Assembly: GCA_002376845.1 (NCBI GenBank)
Contig: DFOS01000026.1
Coordinates: 66,327-130,326, forward strand
Origin: Bdellovibrionaceae bacterium UBA3535
GTDB taxonomy: Bacteria; Bdellovibrionota; Bdellovibrionia; Bdellovibrionales; UBA840
Direction: 5' to 3'
Length of the DNA: 64,000 nt
Shown here: positions 8,933 to 17,204 of the stretch, piece by piece
How the letters are laid out: the number at the start of each line of letters is the position of its first letter
Numbering within the stretch: the stretch's first letter is position 1
Made by a program: the position numbers and the translations under genes
The notes under the pieces: generated by a model
Seen by the model: only the letters and a program-made list of their open reading frames with translations
What the model was told of the DNA's origin: nothing
Databases searched by the model: none

Positions 8933-9589
8933 ATGCTGGAAATTCTCTACCAAGATGACTTTATCTGTGTAGTGAATAAACCCAGTGGATATGTTGTTCA
9001 CCGAACTGCGGGAGCGGAAAAGGCTCCCGTTTTAGTTCAAAGCCTCAGAGATCAAGTCGGCAAAAAAGTTTACCCTGTGCATCGATTGGATCGCGCCACT
9101 TCTGGCTGTGTAGCATTTGCCTTTGATTCGGACTCCGCCAGGCTACTACAAACCGCATTGAGCCAAGGTAAGAAAAAATACTATGCTCTATGCTTAGGAA
9201 ACACCGAAGAGCATATGCGAATTGATAGACCTTTGAAAAATGAAAATAAAATTCCACAAGCAGCACTAAGTGAATTTAAAAAGCTAGAAAGCTTGGGCGA
9301 ATATTCACTTTTGGAAGCACAAATCTTTACTGGCCGCAAACATCAAATCCGGCGGCACTTATCACATTTGGGACATCATGTCGTGGGCGATGTGAATCAC
9401 GGGAAGGGCTGGTTAAACCGGCGCTTTCGCGAAAAATATAATTTTCACCGCATGTTTTTGCATGCCCATTTGCTAGAGTTTGAGCACCCCGTTTACATGA
9501 AAAGCCTTAATGTGAGTGCCGCCATGCCAAGTGAATTCGAGCACTTAATTTCTAAAATACGCGATGATATCCCATCAGTAGATAATTAA
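8933..9589 (+). CDS. truC: tRNA pseudouridine synthase C (RluA family)
   Basis: The N-terminus 'MLEILYQDDFICVVNKPSG' closely parallels my recollection of E. coli TruC ('MLEILYQDEWLVAVNKPSG'). Catalytic 'HRLDRATSGCV' is present. Confidence 0.8.
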   Translation: MLEILYQDDFICVVNKPSGYVVHRTAGAEKAPVLVQSLRDQVGKKVYPVHRLDRATSGCVAFAFDSDSARLLQTALSQGKKKYYALCLGNTEEHMRIDRPLKNENKIPQAALSEFKKLESLGEYSLLEAQIFTGRKHQIRRHLSHLGHHVVGDVNHGKGWLNRRFREKYNFHRMFLHAHLLEFEHPVYMKSLNVSAAMPSEFEHLISKIRDDIPSVDN

Positions 9590-9606
9590 TGTTTTTGACA
9601 CAATCA

Positions 9607-11448
9607 TCATCTACATAGCTGAGATTCCACTAGAGAAGAATCTCCGCCCAAACTAGAGTTGCCCCATGTTATTACCGCACCATCCGCACGCAATGCTGCA
9701 AAAGCTTTATCATTCGAGTATATATTTACAATATTATTTAATTCACCGGCTACTCCACTAGCATCTCCTCCAGCACTTAAGTCCCCCCAGGCAACAACAG
9801 TACCATCAGATTTTAAAGCTGCAAAAGCTGCTTGCGAATTACTTTGCGTAGAAAATATCTGACTAACTCCTGAGGTTAAGTCACCAGCAACGGCTGTACT
9901 ATCTCCTCCCAAGGTTGCAACTCCCCAGGTCACGACAGAACCGTCTGACTTCAAAGCAGCAAAAGCTTTTTTCGTGCTATAAACGGCCGTAACACCAGAC
10001 ATTAGGAAGCTGGAAACAGAAGATGTATCACCACCAAAGGCGGCACTCCCCCAGACAACTAAAGAGCCATCATTTTTTAAAGCTGCAAAGCTATACCCGT
10101 TTGCAAATAACTGAGTGACATCTGAAGAAATTAAGCCGCTGACAGAAGAGTAATCTCCTCCCCCAAATGAGTTATCACCCCAAGCAACCGCCGCACCAGA
10201 TGCGTTAAGTGCGGCAAAACCCTTATCCGTATTCGCTAGGCTAACGACACCACTTCCAAGAAAAACACTTTCACTAGCAGAGTCTCCGCCATTTAAATTA
10301 TTTCCCCACGTTACCACAGAGCCATCTGCTTTTAAGGCTGCAAAAGCATAGGGGTTGGAGTGAATGCTGACTACTCCAGAACTTATTAAAGGGGATACTG
10401 ATGAGGAATCACCGCCATTTGTACTACTTCCCCAGGTAACCACGGAACCATCCGACTTTAAGGCCGCAAAAGCATATATTGTTGAATGCAAACTACTCAC
10501 TCCACTCGCAAGATCCGCACTCACGGAGGAGGAATCACCACCATAGGTTGAATTTCCCCAAGTAACCACGGAACCATCCGATTTTAAAGCTGCCATTGCA
10601 CCAAGGTTACCAGTCACTGAAACCACGCCACTAGATAAGGCGCCGGACACGGCAGAAGAGTCGCCGCCAAATGTTAACTCTCCCCAGGTAACCACGGAAC
10701 CATCCGATTTTAAAGCTGCAAAAGCTCTATATCCAGAAAAAACATCTACCACCCCGCTAGATAAGGCCCCTGACACGGCAGAGGAGTCACCACCATAGGT
10801 TGAATTCCCCCAGGTAACCACGGAGCCATCAGATTTCAATCCTGCAAAAGCGGATTGGGTACTCACTACTTTTGTAATTGGACTGCAATAAGGCTCTACC
10901 CCTGTTGATGTAAGCCAAAAGCTCCCCGCACTAGAATTACATGTACTGAGTTCATGATTAGCATCAAAACTTACATTCAACTCGATATTTATTTCCCCAC
11001 CTGCAGGCAAATTAACCGTACTGCTAGCTAAATGAATTGGAGCGGAAAGATTTGAGGGAGAAGTAGCAAATGTATCACAGTCAGAAGTACTTGCAGCATG
11101 AATGCCTATCAAATGAAAGGAAACATTCGGTGCTGATTTCGTCACCAAAGTAATTTCTTCACCAGCTAAATATGGGCCATGCACTTGTTCATACCAATAT
11201 GCTTGGCTATTATTTAAATTCTGGCATGTATAATTCGCGCCAGCAGAACCAACCAATATTGCATAACAACTAACTTCACTCGTAGCACTGGGCGTCGAGT
11301 ATCCCCAAGCACTGCTCATTGAGCTAATTCTTTCATTCGTAGAAAACGAAGAGGAACTTGGCAGCTTAATACTTACCGTGCTTTTTTCATCTTCTAAACC
11401 GCAAGCAGAAAGAGTGAATATAATTGATAAAATCGCTATGATTTTCAT
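9607..11448 (-). CDS. Lipoprotein with N-terminal ~190-aa domain and ten ~39-aa RCC1-like (beta-propeller type) repeats
   Basis: Lipobox 'FTLSACG'. There are ten units of the form 'FAALKSDGSVVTWG-x5-GGDSS-x3-S-x-L-x-SGV'. Confidence 0.8.
   Translation of the reverse strand: MKIIAILSIIFTLSACGLEDEKSTVSIKLPSSSSFSTNERISSMSSAWGYSTPSATSEVSCYAILVGSAGANYTCQNLNNSQAYWYEQVHGPYLAGEEITLVTKSAPNVSFHLIGIHAASTSDCDTFATSPSNLSAPIHLASSTVNLPAGGEINIELNVSFDANHELSTCNSSAGSFWLTSTGVEPYCSPITKVVSTQSAFAGLKSDGSVVTWGNSTYGGDSSAVSGALSSGVVDVFSGYRAFAALKSDGSVVTWGELTFGGDSSAVSGALSSGVVSVTGNLGAMAALKSDGSVVTWGNSTYGGDSSSVSADLASGVSSLHSTIYAFAALKSDGSVVTWGSSTNGGDSSSVSPLISSGVVSIHSNPYAFAALKADGSVVTWGNNLNGGDSASESVFLGSGVVSLANTDKGFAALNASGAAVAWGDNSFGGGDYSSVSGLISSDVTQLFANGYSFAALKNDGSLVVWGSAAFGGDTSSVSSFLMSGVTAVYSTKKAFAALKSDGSVVTWGVATLGGDSTAVAGDLTSGVSQIFSTQSNSQAAFAALKSDGTVVAWGDLSAGGDASGVAGELNNIVNIYSNDKAFAALRADGAVITWGNSSLGGDSSLVESQLCR
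9610..10865. repeat. Intragenic tandem repeat, period ~117-120 bp, 10 copies
   Basis: Near-identical DNA cores recur around 10431, 10555, 10681 and 10808, for example 'cc(c/a)aggtaaccacggaaccatccgattttaaagctgc'. Confidence 0.8.
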
Positions 11449-11457
11449 TACTCTATC

Positions 11458-11485
11458 TTATCGGGCTTTGGTCGAATAAGTTGAG
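11458..11485 (-). promoter_or_regulatory. Sigma-28 (FliA)-type promoter
   Basis: The minus strand reads CTCAACTT-N11-CCCGATAA, against the consensus TAAAGTTT-N11-GCCGATAA. The -10 element ends 9 nt before the ATG at 11448. Confidence 0.5.
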
Positions 11486-11598
11486 CTCATTGTATTGTAA
11501 CGATACACTTAAAAGTAAATTAAAGTGCCCAAGCTAAGACTTGGTAGCAATTAAAGGCTATTCTATAAAGCGCAGCTCATTATGAGATAAGAGCCAAT

Positions 11599-13173
11599 CT
11601 ACTTGTTCCAAACCACCGAGTATAGATCGTGCCGGCGATCACGCAAATTGCGAACTGCACCATTGGCGCGGGCCTCTATCAATGTATCCAATCTTAAATC
11701 TGCTATGGCAACCATTTCCACATTTGGTGTAGTGTCCGCTGCGATTCCATCGCGAGCAAAAGGGTAATCACAAGGTGTAAGAATACAGCTTTGTGAATAC
11801 TGAATGTCCAAATTGGAAACTCTAGGCAAATTACCAACATTGCCGGCCATGGCCACATAGATTTGGTTTTCCACTGCACGCGCTTGGCAACAGTATTTTA
11901 CCCGGCAAAAGGCCTGACGATTGTCCGTAAGAAATGGTACAAAAAGAAAATAGATTCCCTGGTTGATCAAGTGCCTAGTTAACTCTGGAAACTCACTATC
12001 ATAGCAAATCAATACACCTATAGGCCCACAATCGGTTTCAATGACTTTTACCTCATTGCCACCTTGAATCTTCCACCAATACTTTTCATCAGGAGTAGGA
12101 TGAATTTTTGCCTGCTCATGCAAAGTGCCGTCTCGCAAACATATATAGGATACATTGCGCACTTCACTGCCCACATGCGTAGGGTGAGAACCTGCAATAA
12201 TATTCACATTGTATTTCACTGCCAAACGTTTGAATAAAGACTTAATGTTCTTGGTATATTTGGACATTTTGGCAATGGCAACATCCGGCGGGACTTCAGC
12301 ATTCTCAATCGAAAGAAGCTGCATGGTAAACAATTCCGGAAATAATAAAAAGTCGGCTCGGTAATCACCTGCCACATCGACGTAGTACTCTACGATTTGT
12401 GCAAATTCCTTAAAACTTTTTACCGGTCGCAATTGATATTGTACACTCACCACACGAACCGAATTGGGCCGCAAAGGGGCTTTGTCTTTCTCGGTAAACA
12501 ATGCCTTATACTCAGGGTTGTCCCACTTTAAATGAACCGCAAAGCCGGCACTCTCTTTATCATTGGGCAAATAGTTTTCTAGCACTCCTATCACTTGAAA
12601 CCCCGAGCGCAGGTGAAAGCCCAAGGTAGGGTCTTTGATTTTCTTGGCTTGCACCTTTTTAATATAATCTTTGGCGTCTTTTACTTGATCGGCATACTTA
12701 TGATAGTTTGGGATACGTCCACCAAAAACAATCCCCCTTAGCTTCATGTACTTCGCTAAACGCTTTCTAGCACTATAGATCCGCTGTCCTAAGCGGCGTC
12801 CCCTAACATCAGGGTCGACACAAGTTTCATAGCCGTATAAGTAATCGCCATCGACTTTATGGGTAGCCGCAAAACCACCTCCCGTGATCTCCTTCCAAGT
12901 GTGTTGCCTTAAGGCACTATCGGCATCGGTTAGTAAGGAAGCCGAATAGGCTACGATCTTTCCATTTAGTAGAATCACAAAGCAGCCCTCCGGGAAGTGA
13001 ACGATTTGCCCCCGTAACATTTCGTCCTTATAAGGCTCCATATTATGATACACCTTGCGAATTAAATCCTGTATCCCAGGTATATCCTTTGATGTGGCGT
13101 TGCGAATTTCTAATGGACTTTTTGCTGCTGTCATAACTACCCCGCTTGACTGATTATACTTAGGCAAAAACAA
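11599..13173 (-). CDS. Bifunctional GNAT N-acetyltransferase / carbon-nitrogen hydrolase (nitrilase superfamily) protein
   Basis: The N-terminal half has a GNAT-like 'VDPDVRGRRLGQRIYSARKRLA'. The C-terminal half has CN-hydrolase signatures 'LLFPELF' and 'IGVLICYDSEFPE'. The start may be Met14 (13134). Confidence 0.75.
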   Translation of the reverse strand: MFLPKYNQSSGVVMTAAKSPLEIRNATSKDIPGIQDLIRKVYHNMEPYKDEMLRGQIVHFPEGCFVILLNGKIVAYSASLLTDADSALRQHTWKEITGGGFAATHKVDGDYLYGYETCVDPDVRGRRLGQRIYSARKRLAKYMKLRGIVFGGRIPNYHKYADQVKDAKDYIKKVQAKKIKDPTLGFHLRSGFQVIGVLENYLPNDKESAGFAVHLKWDNPEYKALFTEKDKAPLRPNSVRVVSVQYQLRPVKSFKEFAQIVEYYVDVAGDYRADFLLFPELFTMQLLSIENAEVPPDVAIAKMSKYTKNIKSLFKRLAVKYNVNIIAGSHPTHVGSEVRNVSYICLRDGTLHEQAKIHPTPDEKYWWKIQGGNEVKVIETDCGPIGVLICYDSEFPELTRHLINQGIYFLFVPFLTDNRQAFCRVKYCCQARAVENQIYVAMAGNVGNLPRVSNLDIQYSQSCILTPCDYPFARDGIAADTTPNVEMVAIADLRLDTLIEARANGAVRNLRDRRHDLYSVVWNK

Positions 13174-13232
13174 AATGATAGATACTTTGCATTAGATTTT
13201 TAAATATGACTATAATTGATCAAGGAGAAAGC

Positions 13233-14015
13233 ATGGGACGGCTACATTTATTCGAATTGGAGGACCAAACCTGGTTGCCCTCAGCAATTCGAGATGGAGT
13301 TACCGATTTTTTAGAGTTTGCCGTAGTAAAAGGGGAGATTTATAAAAATATAGAGCCACAACTTATGCAGGCAATTGCCGACTCCAATGAGAAGCAAGTT
13401 GTGGATCTTTGCTCAGGTGGCGGCGGCGCTTGGGCCAGTCTTGCGGCAAAGCTACCCGCCTCCGTAGAGAAAGTTCTACTTACAGATCTTTACCCTAATA
13501 CCTCTGCCCTTGAACAGCGAAGCAAAGATAGCGGCGGTAAAATTCTCTATAGCAAGGAAGCCGTTAACGCCATGCAAGTGCCCCATTCCATGCAGGGCTT
13601 TCGCACTCTATTTTCTTCCTTTCATCACTTCCGCCCCGAAGCGGCCACAAAAATCTTACAAGACGCGGTAAAGCAAAATGCTCCCATTGCAATACTGGAG
13701 TCCACCCAAAGGCACCCCCTGCTTATCCTCTATATGTTTTTCACTCCGATTTTGGCTATGTTATCGACGCCGATGATTCGGCCGCTACGTGCATCTCGCT
13801 TTATTTTTACTTACCTTCTTCCGCTTATACCTCTGGTGATTTTATTTGATGGAATTGTTTCGTGTTTAAGGACTTACACTCCGAAAGAATTAATTGCATT
13901 AACAGATAAATTGGAGGCAAATGATTACCAGTGGCAAGCTGGTGTCGCCAAGATGGGAAAGCTTCCTGTGGGCGTTACCTATTTGATTGGTCTACCGAAA
14001 AAAAGAGGAGACTAA
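13233..14015 (+). CDS. Class I SAM-dependent methyltransferase-like protein with C-terminal hydrophobic segments
   Basis: Motif I-like 'VVDLCSGGGGAW' and post-I 'LLTDLYPN'. Two hydrophobic stretches near the C-terminus. AAGGAG lies 5 nt upstream of the ATG at 13233. Confidence 0.5.
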   Translation: MGRLHLFELEDQTWLPSAIRDGVTDFLEFAVVKGEIYKNIEPQLMQAIADSNEKQVVDLCSGGGGAWASLAAKLPASVEKVLLTDLYPNTSALEQRSKDSGGKILYSKEAVNAMQVPHSMQGFRTLFSSFHHFRPEAATKILQDAVKQNAPIAILESTQRHPLLILYMFFTPILAMLSTPMIRPLRASRFIFTYLLPLIPLVILFDGIVSCLRTYTPKELIALTDKLEANDYQWQAGVAKMGKLPVGVTYLIGLPKKRGD

Positions 14016-14030
14016 GTCTCCCCTTTAAGC

Positions 14031-14312
14031 TCAAGCGCCTTCGGCATAATGCTGCCGACACCTTTGGCGTATGGTTTTGTAGCGTTTTACTTGCTTTAAA
14101 ATGGCGTCTTGTGCCTTTGCCAAGGCAAGGCTTTTCTCAACAGCTTGTTTTTTTGCAAACAAACGTTTTTTCTTTGGCAACAAGACCCGCACCATAGCAG
14201 TAGCCAAGTTGCCATTCTTATTTTTTATCTTTACATCCACCTCTGTAGCCTCGGGCACAATGTGCAGAATCTCTTTTTTCACACAATCCAATTGACTAGA
14301 AAGCAAAGTCAT
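14031..14312 (-). CDS. Small basic protein, possibly HPF/RaiA (S30AE)-like
   Basis: 93 aa. An alpha-beta-beta-alpha pattern, 'EVDVKIKNKNGNLATAMVRVLL...SLALAKAQDAILKQVKRYK', resembles ribosome hibernation factors. The assignment is tentative. Confidence 0.3.
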   Translation of the reverse strand: MTLLSSQLDCVKKEILHIVPEATEVDVKIKNKNGNLATAMVRVLLPKKKRLFAKKQAVEKSLALAKAQDAILKQVKRYKTIRQRCRQHYAEGA

Positions 14313-14328
14313 AATCCCCTCCTATATA

Positions 14329-14667
14329 CTAAGAAACAGATTTTCTTACCAAGCCTGCAAAACGTTGTTCTCGCCAGACCAAGATTTGCTGTTGCACTTC
14401 CACATAAGCAGAACGTACGGCTTCCAATAAAGCCTCATGCTGTTTAACAGCATAAAAGGTCGCGGAAACAGAGTTGATCGATATGGTGGCCTTATAAGCT
14501 CTTGGAAGCTTATGGACTTTCAAAGCCACATGACTGAGATAGGGAACTTGGTCACGAAGGTCTTCCAACCATTCGTCCACTTTCTTTTTTTCTTGGGTCA
14601 GCATTTCGACCCCGTATGCATTTTGCCTTCTATTGGAAAAGAAGGCAGTGGTATTTGTTTTAAACAT
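14329..14667 (-). CDS. Small protein, possibly HPF/RaiA (S30AE)-like
   Basis: 112 aa. 'KKKVDEWLEDLRDQV...HVALKVHK...YKATISINS...TFYAVKQHEALLEAVRSAYVEVQQQI' follows the HPF secondary-structure order. It lies 16 nt upstream of the 93-aa gene. Confidence 0.35.
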   Translation of the reverse strand: MFKTNTTAFFSNRRQNAYGVEMLTQEKKKVDEWLEDLRDQVPYLSHVALKVHKLPRAYKATISINSVSATFYAVKQHEALLEAVRSAYVEVQQQILVWREQRFAGLVRKSVS

Positions 14668-14828
14668 CTTACCTCCTTAAAAATAGATTGTTGTTAAAAT
14701 CTCGGTGAATACGATAGATCTTGTTTGATTTTGAAACAGGGGTCTCAACATCCTAACAAAAACTATCGAACATCGAGATATATTAATATTTTAAAACAAA
14801 AAGATTTTTCGTCAAGATCCACAAGGGC

Positions 14829-14851
14829 AAAAAAAGGGGCCATAAGGCCCC
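14829..14851 (-). terminator. Rho-independent terminator
   Basis: The minus strand reads GGGGCC-TTAT-GGCCCC followed by T7, 13 nt after the stop of the 14865..15419 gene. Confidence 0.8.
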
Positions 14852-14864
14852 GAAAACACTAGAC

Positions 14865-15419
14865 TTATTGCTTATTAAAATCTGTTAGAACAGCTTTTAC
14901 TTCGCCCATTTGGCTTTGTGTAAGCATTTTTACAAGACCTACAACCGCCACGCTGTAAGGATCTGCCCATTGCTCCATAATGGAGTTTTGGCGAGTCTCT
15001 TTGGCCTTGATATAGGTAGTATTAAAAGTACCAGCAGGAACCGTTACTTCTTCCGAGCGAGTTTCAATCACTTCGATGTTTCCACCGCTAGTGTCTTGTG
15101 CTTGACCATTGCAAACCAAAGACTTTGTCTCTCCTGTAGTAATATCAATTACCATGGTGCAATCTTGCTGCATGATCTGTAGATCTAGCTTTTGATTGAT
15201 TTCTAGCTCCGTACCATCAAAGCGCATTACTTCCATGCTCATAGTTCCATTTAAAAAAGAACCTATGCTCATTTTATAATTGGCATAATCACCAACGGTC
15301 CAATTTGCTGGAGCATTTGCCGTGATCATGGACTGCATATCTACCATGGGTGCGTTAATAAATGCTTGGGCTGTGTTTAGCGAGAATATCGCTGCGATAA
15401 AAATAAATATTTTTTTCAT
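14865..15419 (-). CDS. Secreted protein of unknown function
   Basis: 184 aa, signal peptide 'MKKIFIFIAAIFSLNTAQA', own terminator. Confidence 0.6.
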   Translation of the reverse strand: MKKIFIFIAAIFSLNTAQAFINAPMVDMQSMITANAPANWTVGDYANYKMSIGSFLNGTMSMEVMRFDGTELEINQKLDLQIMQQDCTMVIDITTGETKSLVCNGQAQDTSGGNIEVIETRSEEVTVPAGTFNTTYIKAKETRQNSIMEQWADPYSVAVVGLVKMLTQSQMGEVKAVLTDFNKQ

Positions 15420-15741
15420 TCTTCCTCCTTGAATGCTTAACCATAATCAGAGAACGATTTGAACAAGATGTCAAAAGCCAAGGCGAAATGCTTAGTTTTT
15501 AGGATGAAAACAAACTTAAAGCTTCACTTCATCTATAAGAGAAACAGCCGCGCCCATTGTAGATACTTATACGACCATTACTTTCTTACAAAGGCGTAAG
15601 CAGCTGTTTCTCCTAATTTTTTAACAATTAGCTATAGAAATTACAATTTACCATAAATTTTCTATAGGCTTTTACATCCAGCATTTTCTTGCCTATGAAG
15701 CTCTTATGGTGCGGGGGCACCAGAAAAACAAAGGGGGAAGT

Positions 15742-17163
15742 ATGCAAAAGCTTTTACAGCTTTTCTTTGTGCTGGCAATCAGTGGTGCCTGCTCATTTCA
15801 AGAAGAACTAAATGACCAAGAAACGAATTTTCCAAATACGGGACACCCCGTATTTGAAGCCGCATTGAGCCCGGAAGCGAAAAATGGCGACGTATTAAAC
15901 ACGCAGGAAACTTACTATGTTTATGCTACCCGCTTAAACGTTCGCGTAGGTCCAAGTACGGAGGCCGAGATTGCTACTGTGTTGAATATGAATGATGAAG
16001 TGCTGGTTCTTAGTGAGGAGGACATGGGCTTTGTTGAAATTGAAATTGTAGATAGCTATGCAGAAATAAAGCCGGGTTATGAAGATGCCAAACTTTATGT
16101 GGCAGCAAAGTATCTAAGTAAATCCACCAATCCAGACGAGCGGATCGCGAAGGCGCAAAAATATTTTATGATACAAAATATTGCCAGCGAGAAATTGCGC
16201 ATTTATGAAAAAATGTGTGATGACGGCAACTGCCAACACAAACTCGTGCTGGAAACAGACGTCGCAGTAGGTGAGCCCGGTAAACACGCTTCCGCCTTAG
16301 GTTATTATCATATTTCGAGTTGGCACAAGTTTTACCAAGATGGCGCCGGCAGATACCCTTCTTGGTATCATCCGAACTACCCCATGCCGCCCGAGCCAGG
16401 AGCTGGAATTTTTAAATGGATGGATGATAAATTCCTACCCTATGAAGGAGCGGAACTGCGAGGTGCATTTGGTTGGTTTACGGCCAAGGTAGCTCCCAAC
16501 TCCTACTACCAATGGACCCACGGCACGATGGGCTGGGGATCCGATAAAAAGAAATTCATCGATGCCACCCGCGGTATATGGGCCAACTTATTTGCCGATC
16601 CAAGGAGCCATGGCTGCACCAGAACCGACAATGAAAGCATTGCGTACATTCGCGAACTGTTGGAAGTCGGCACACCGATCATAAAAGTCTATGCTCGTGA
16701 AGCCTACGAAGATCCGAGCCGCATGCAATACTCCGAACAAGCAGAGCCATGGGAATACATTCTTACGAAAAATGGTGCGCAACGTGATGGACAAAAAGCT
16801 GATGCTGAGACTGTATTAGAATCTGGTACACCAAGCTCGGAGATTTTAGAACATGGCCGCTATATGGTAGACCGCTACCCGAATGCGAAAGCCTTCCTTG
16901 GAGGTAATGGCGGCGCAAAATCCGGCAGCGCAGCCAATGTCTATGGCCTAAAGCACGAAGATATGCGGGGCGTATTCTTTGTGGATAGCGGCAAGTTGGC
17001 CAACTACGCACACCCCAGAGTGCTACGAATAGGCGGTTATCAATCCGTAGACTTACCTGTTTATGTGAAGACTCGCTATTATGGCAAAGTATTCCTACCA
17101 GAATGCCCACCCAATAGTGAAGGTAGATGCGCTGAAGATATTATTTACCGTGAAAGAAACTAG
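15742..17163 (+). CDS. Lipoprotein with SH3b-like domain and YkuD-type L,D-transpeptidase catalytic domain
   Basis: Lipobox 'LAISGAC' after the ATG at 15742 (SD AAGGGGGA). SH3b-like 'YVYATRLNVRVGPSTEAEIATVLNMNDEVLVL'. YkuD motifs 'WTHGT' and 'RSHGCTRTDNESIAYI'. Confidence 0.7.
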   Translation: MQKLLQLFFVLAISGACSFQEELNDQETNFPNTGHPVFEAALSPEAKNGDVLNTQETYYVYATRLNVRVGPSTEAEIATVLNMNDEVLVLSEEDMGFVEIEIVDSYAEIKPGYEDAKLYVAAKYLSKSTNPDERIAKAQKYFMIQNIASEKLRIYEKMCDDGNCQHKLVLETDVAVGEPGKHASALGYYHISSWHKFYQDGAGRYPSWYHPNYPMPPEPGAGIFKWMDDKFLPYEGAELRGAFGWFTAKVAPNSYYQWTHGTMGWGSDKKKFIDATRGIWANLFADPRSHGCTRTDNESIAYIRELLEVGTPIIKVYAREAYEDPSRMQYSEQAEPWEYILTKNGAQRDGQKADAETVLESGTPSSEILEHGRYMVDRYPNAKAFLGGNGGAKSGSAANVYGLKHEDMRGVFFVDSGKLANYAHPRVLRIGGYQSVDLPVYVKTRYYGKVFLPECPPNSEGRCAEDIIYRERN

Positions 17164-17170
17164 TTTACTT

Positions 17171-17200
17171 GCCGCCTGTGATAGCAGGCGGCATTCTTTT
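17171..17200 (+). terminator. Rho-independent terminator
   Basis: GCCGCCTG-tgatag-CAGGCGGC followed by ATTCTTTT, 8 nt after the stop at 17163. Confidence 0.7.
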
Positions 17201-17204
17201 GCCA

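Noticed and set aside
9610-10865. Regularly spaced ~118-bp repeats, checked as a possible CRISPR-like or minisatellite array.
   Set aside because: The repeats are in frame within one long ORF and encode a protein repeat. There are no unique spacers and no cas genes. It is not a CRISPR array.
15660-15705. A weak sigma-28-like string, 'TTAC-N15-GCCTATGA', upstream of the SH3b-Ldt gene.
   Set aside because: Only about 6 of 8 positions match in the -10 element and the -35 is poor. This is far weaker than the two sites at 11458 and 58725.
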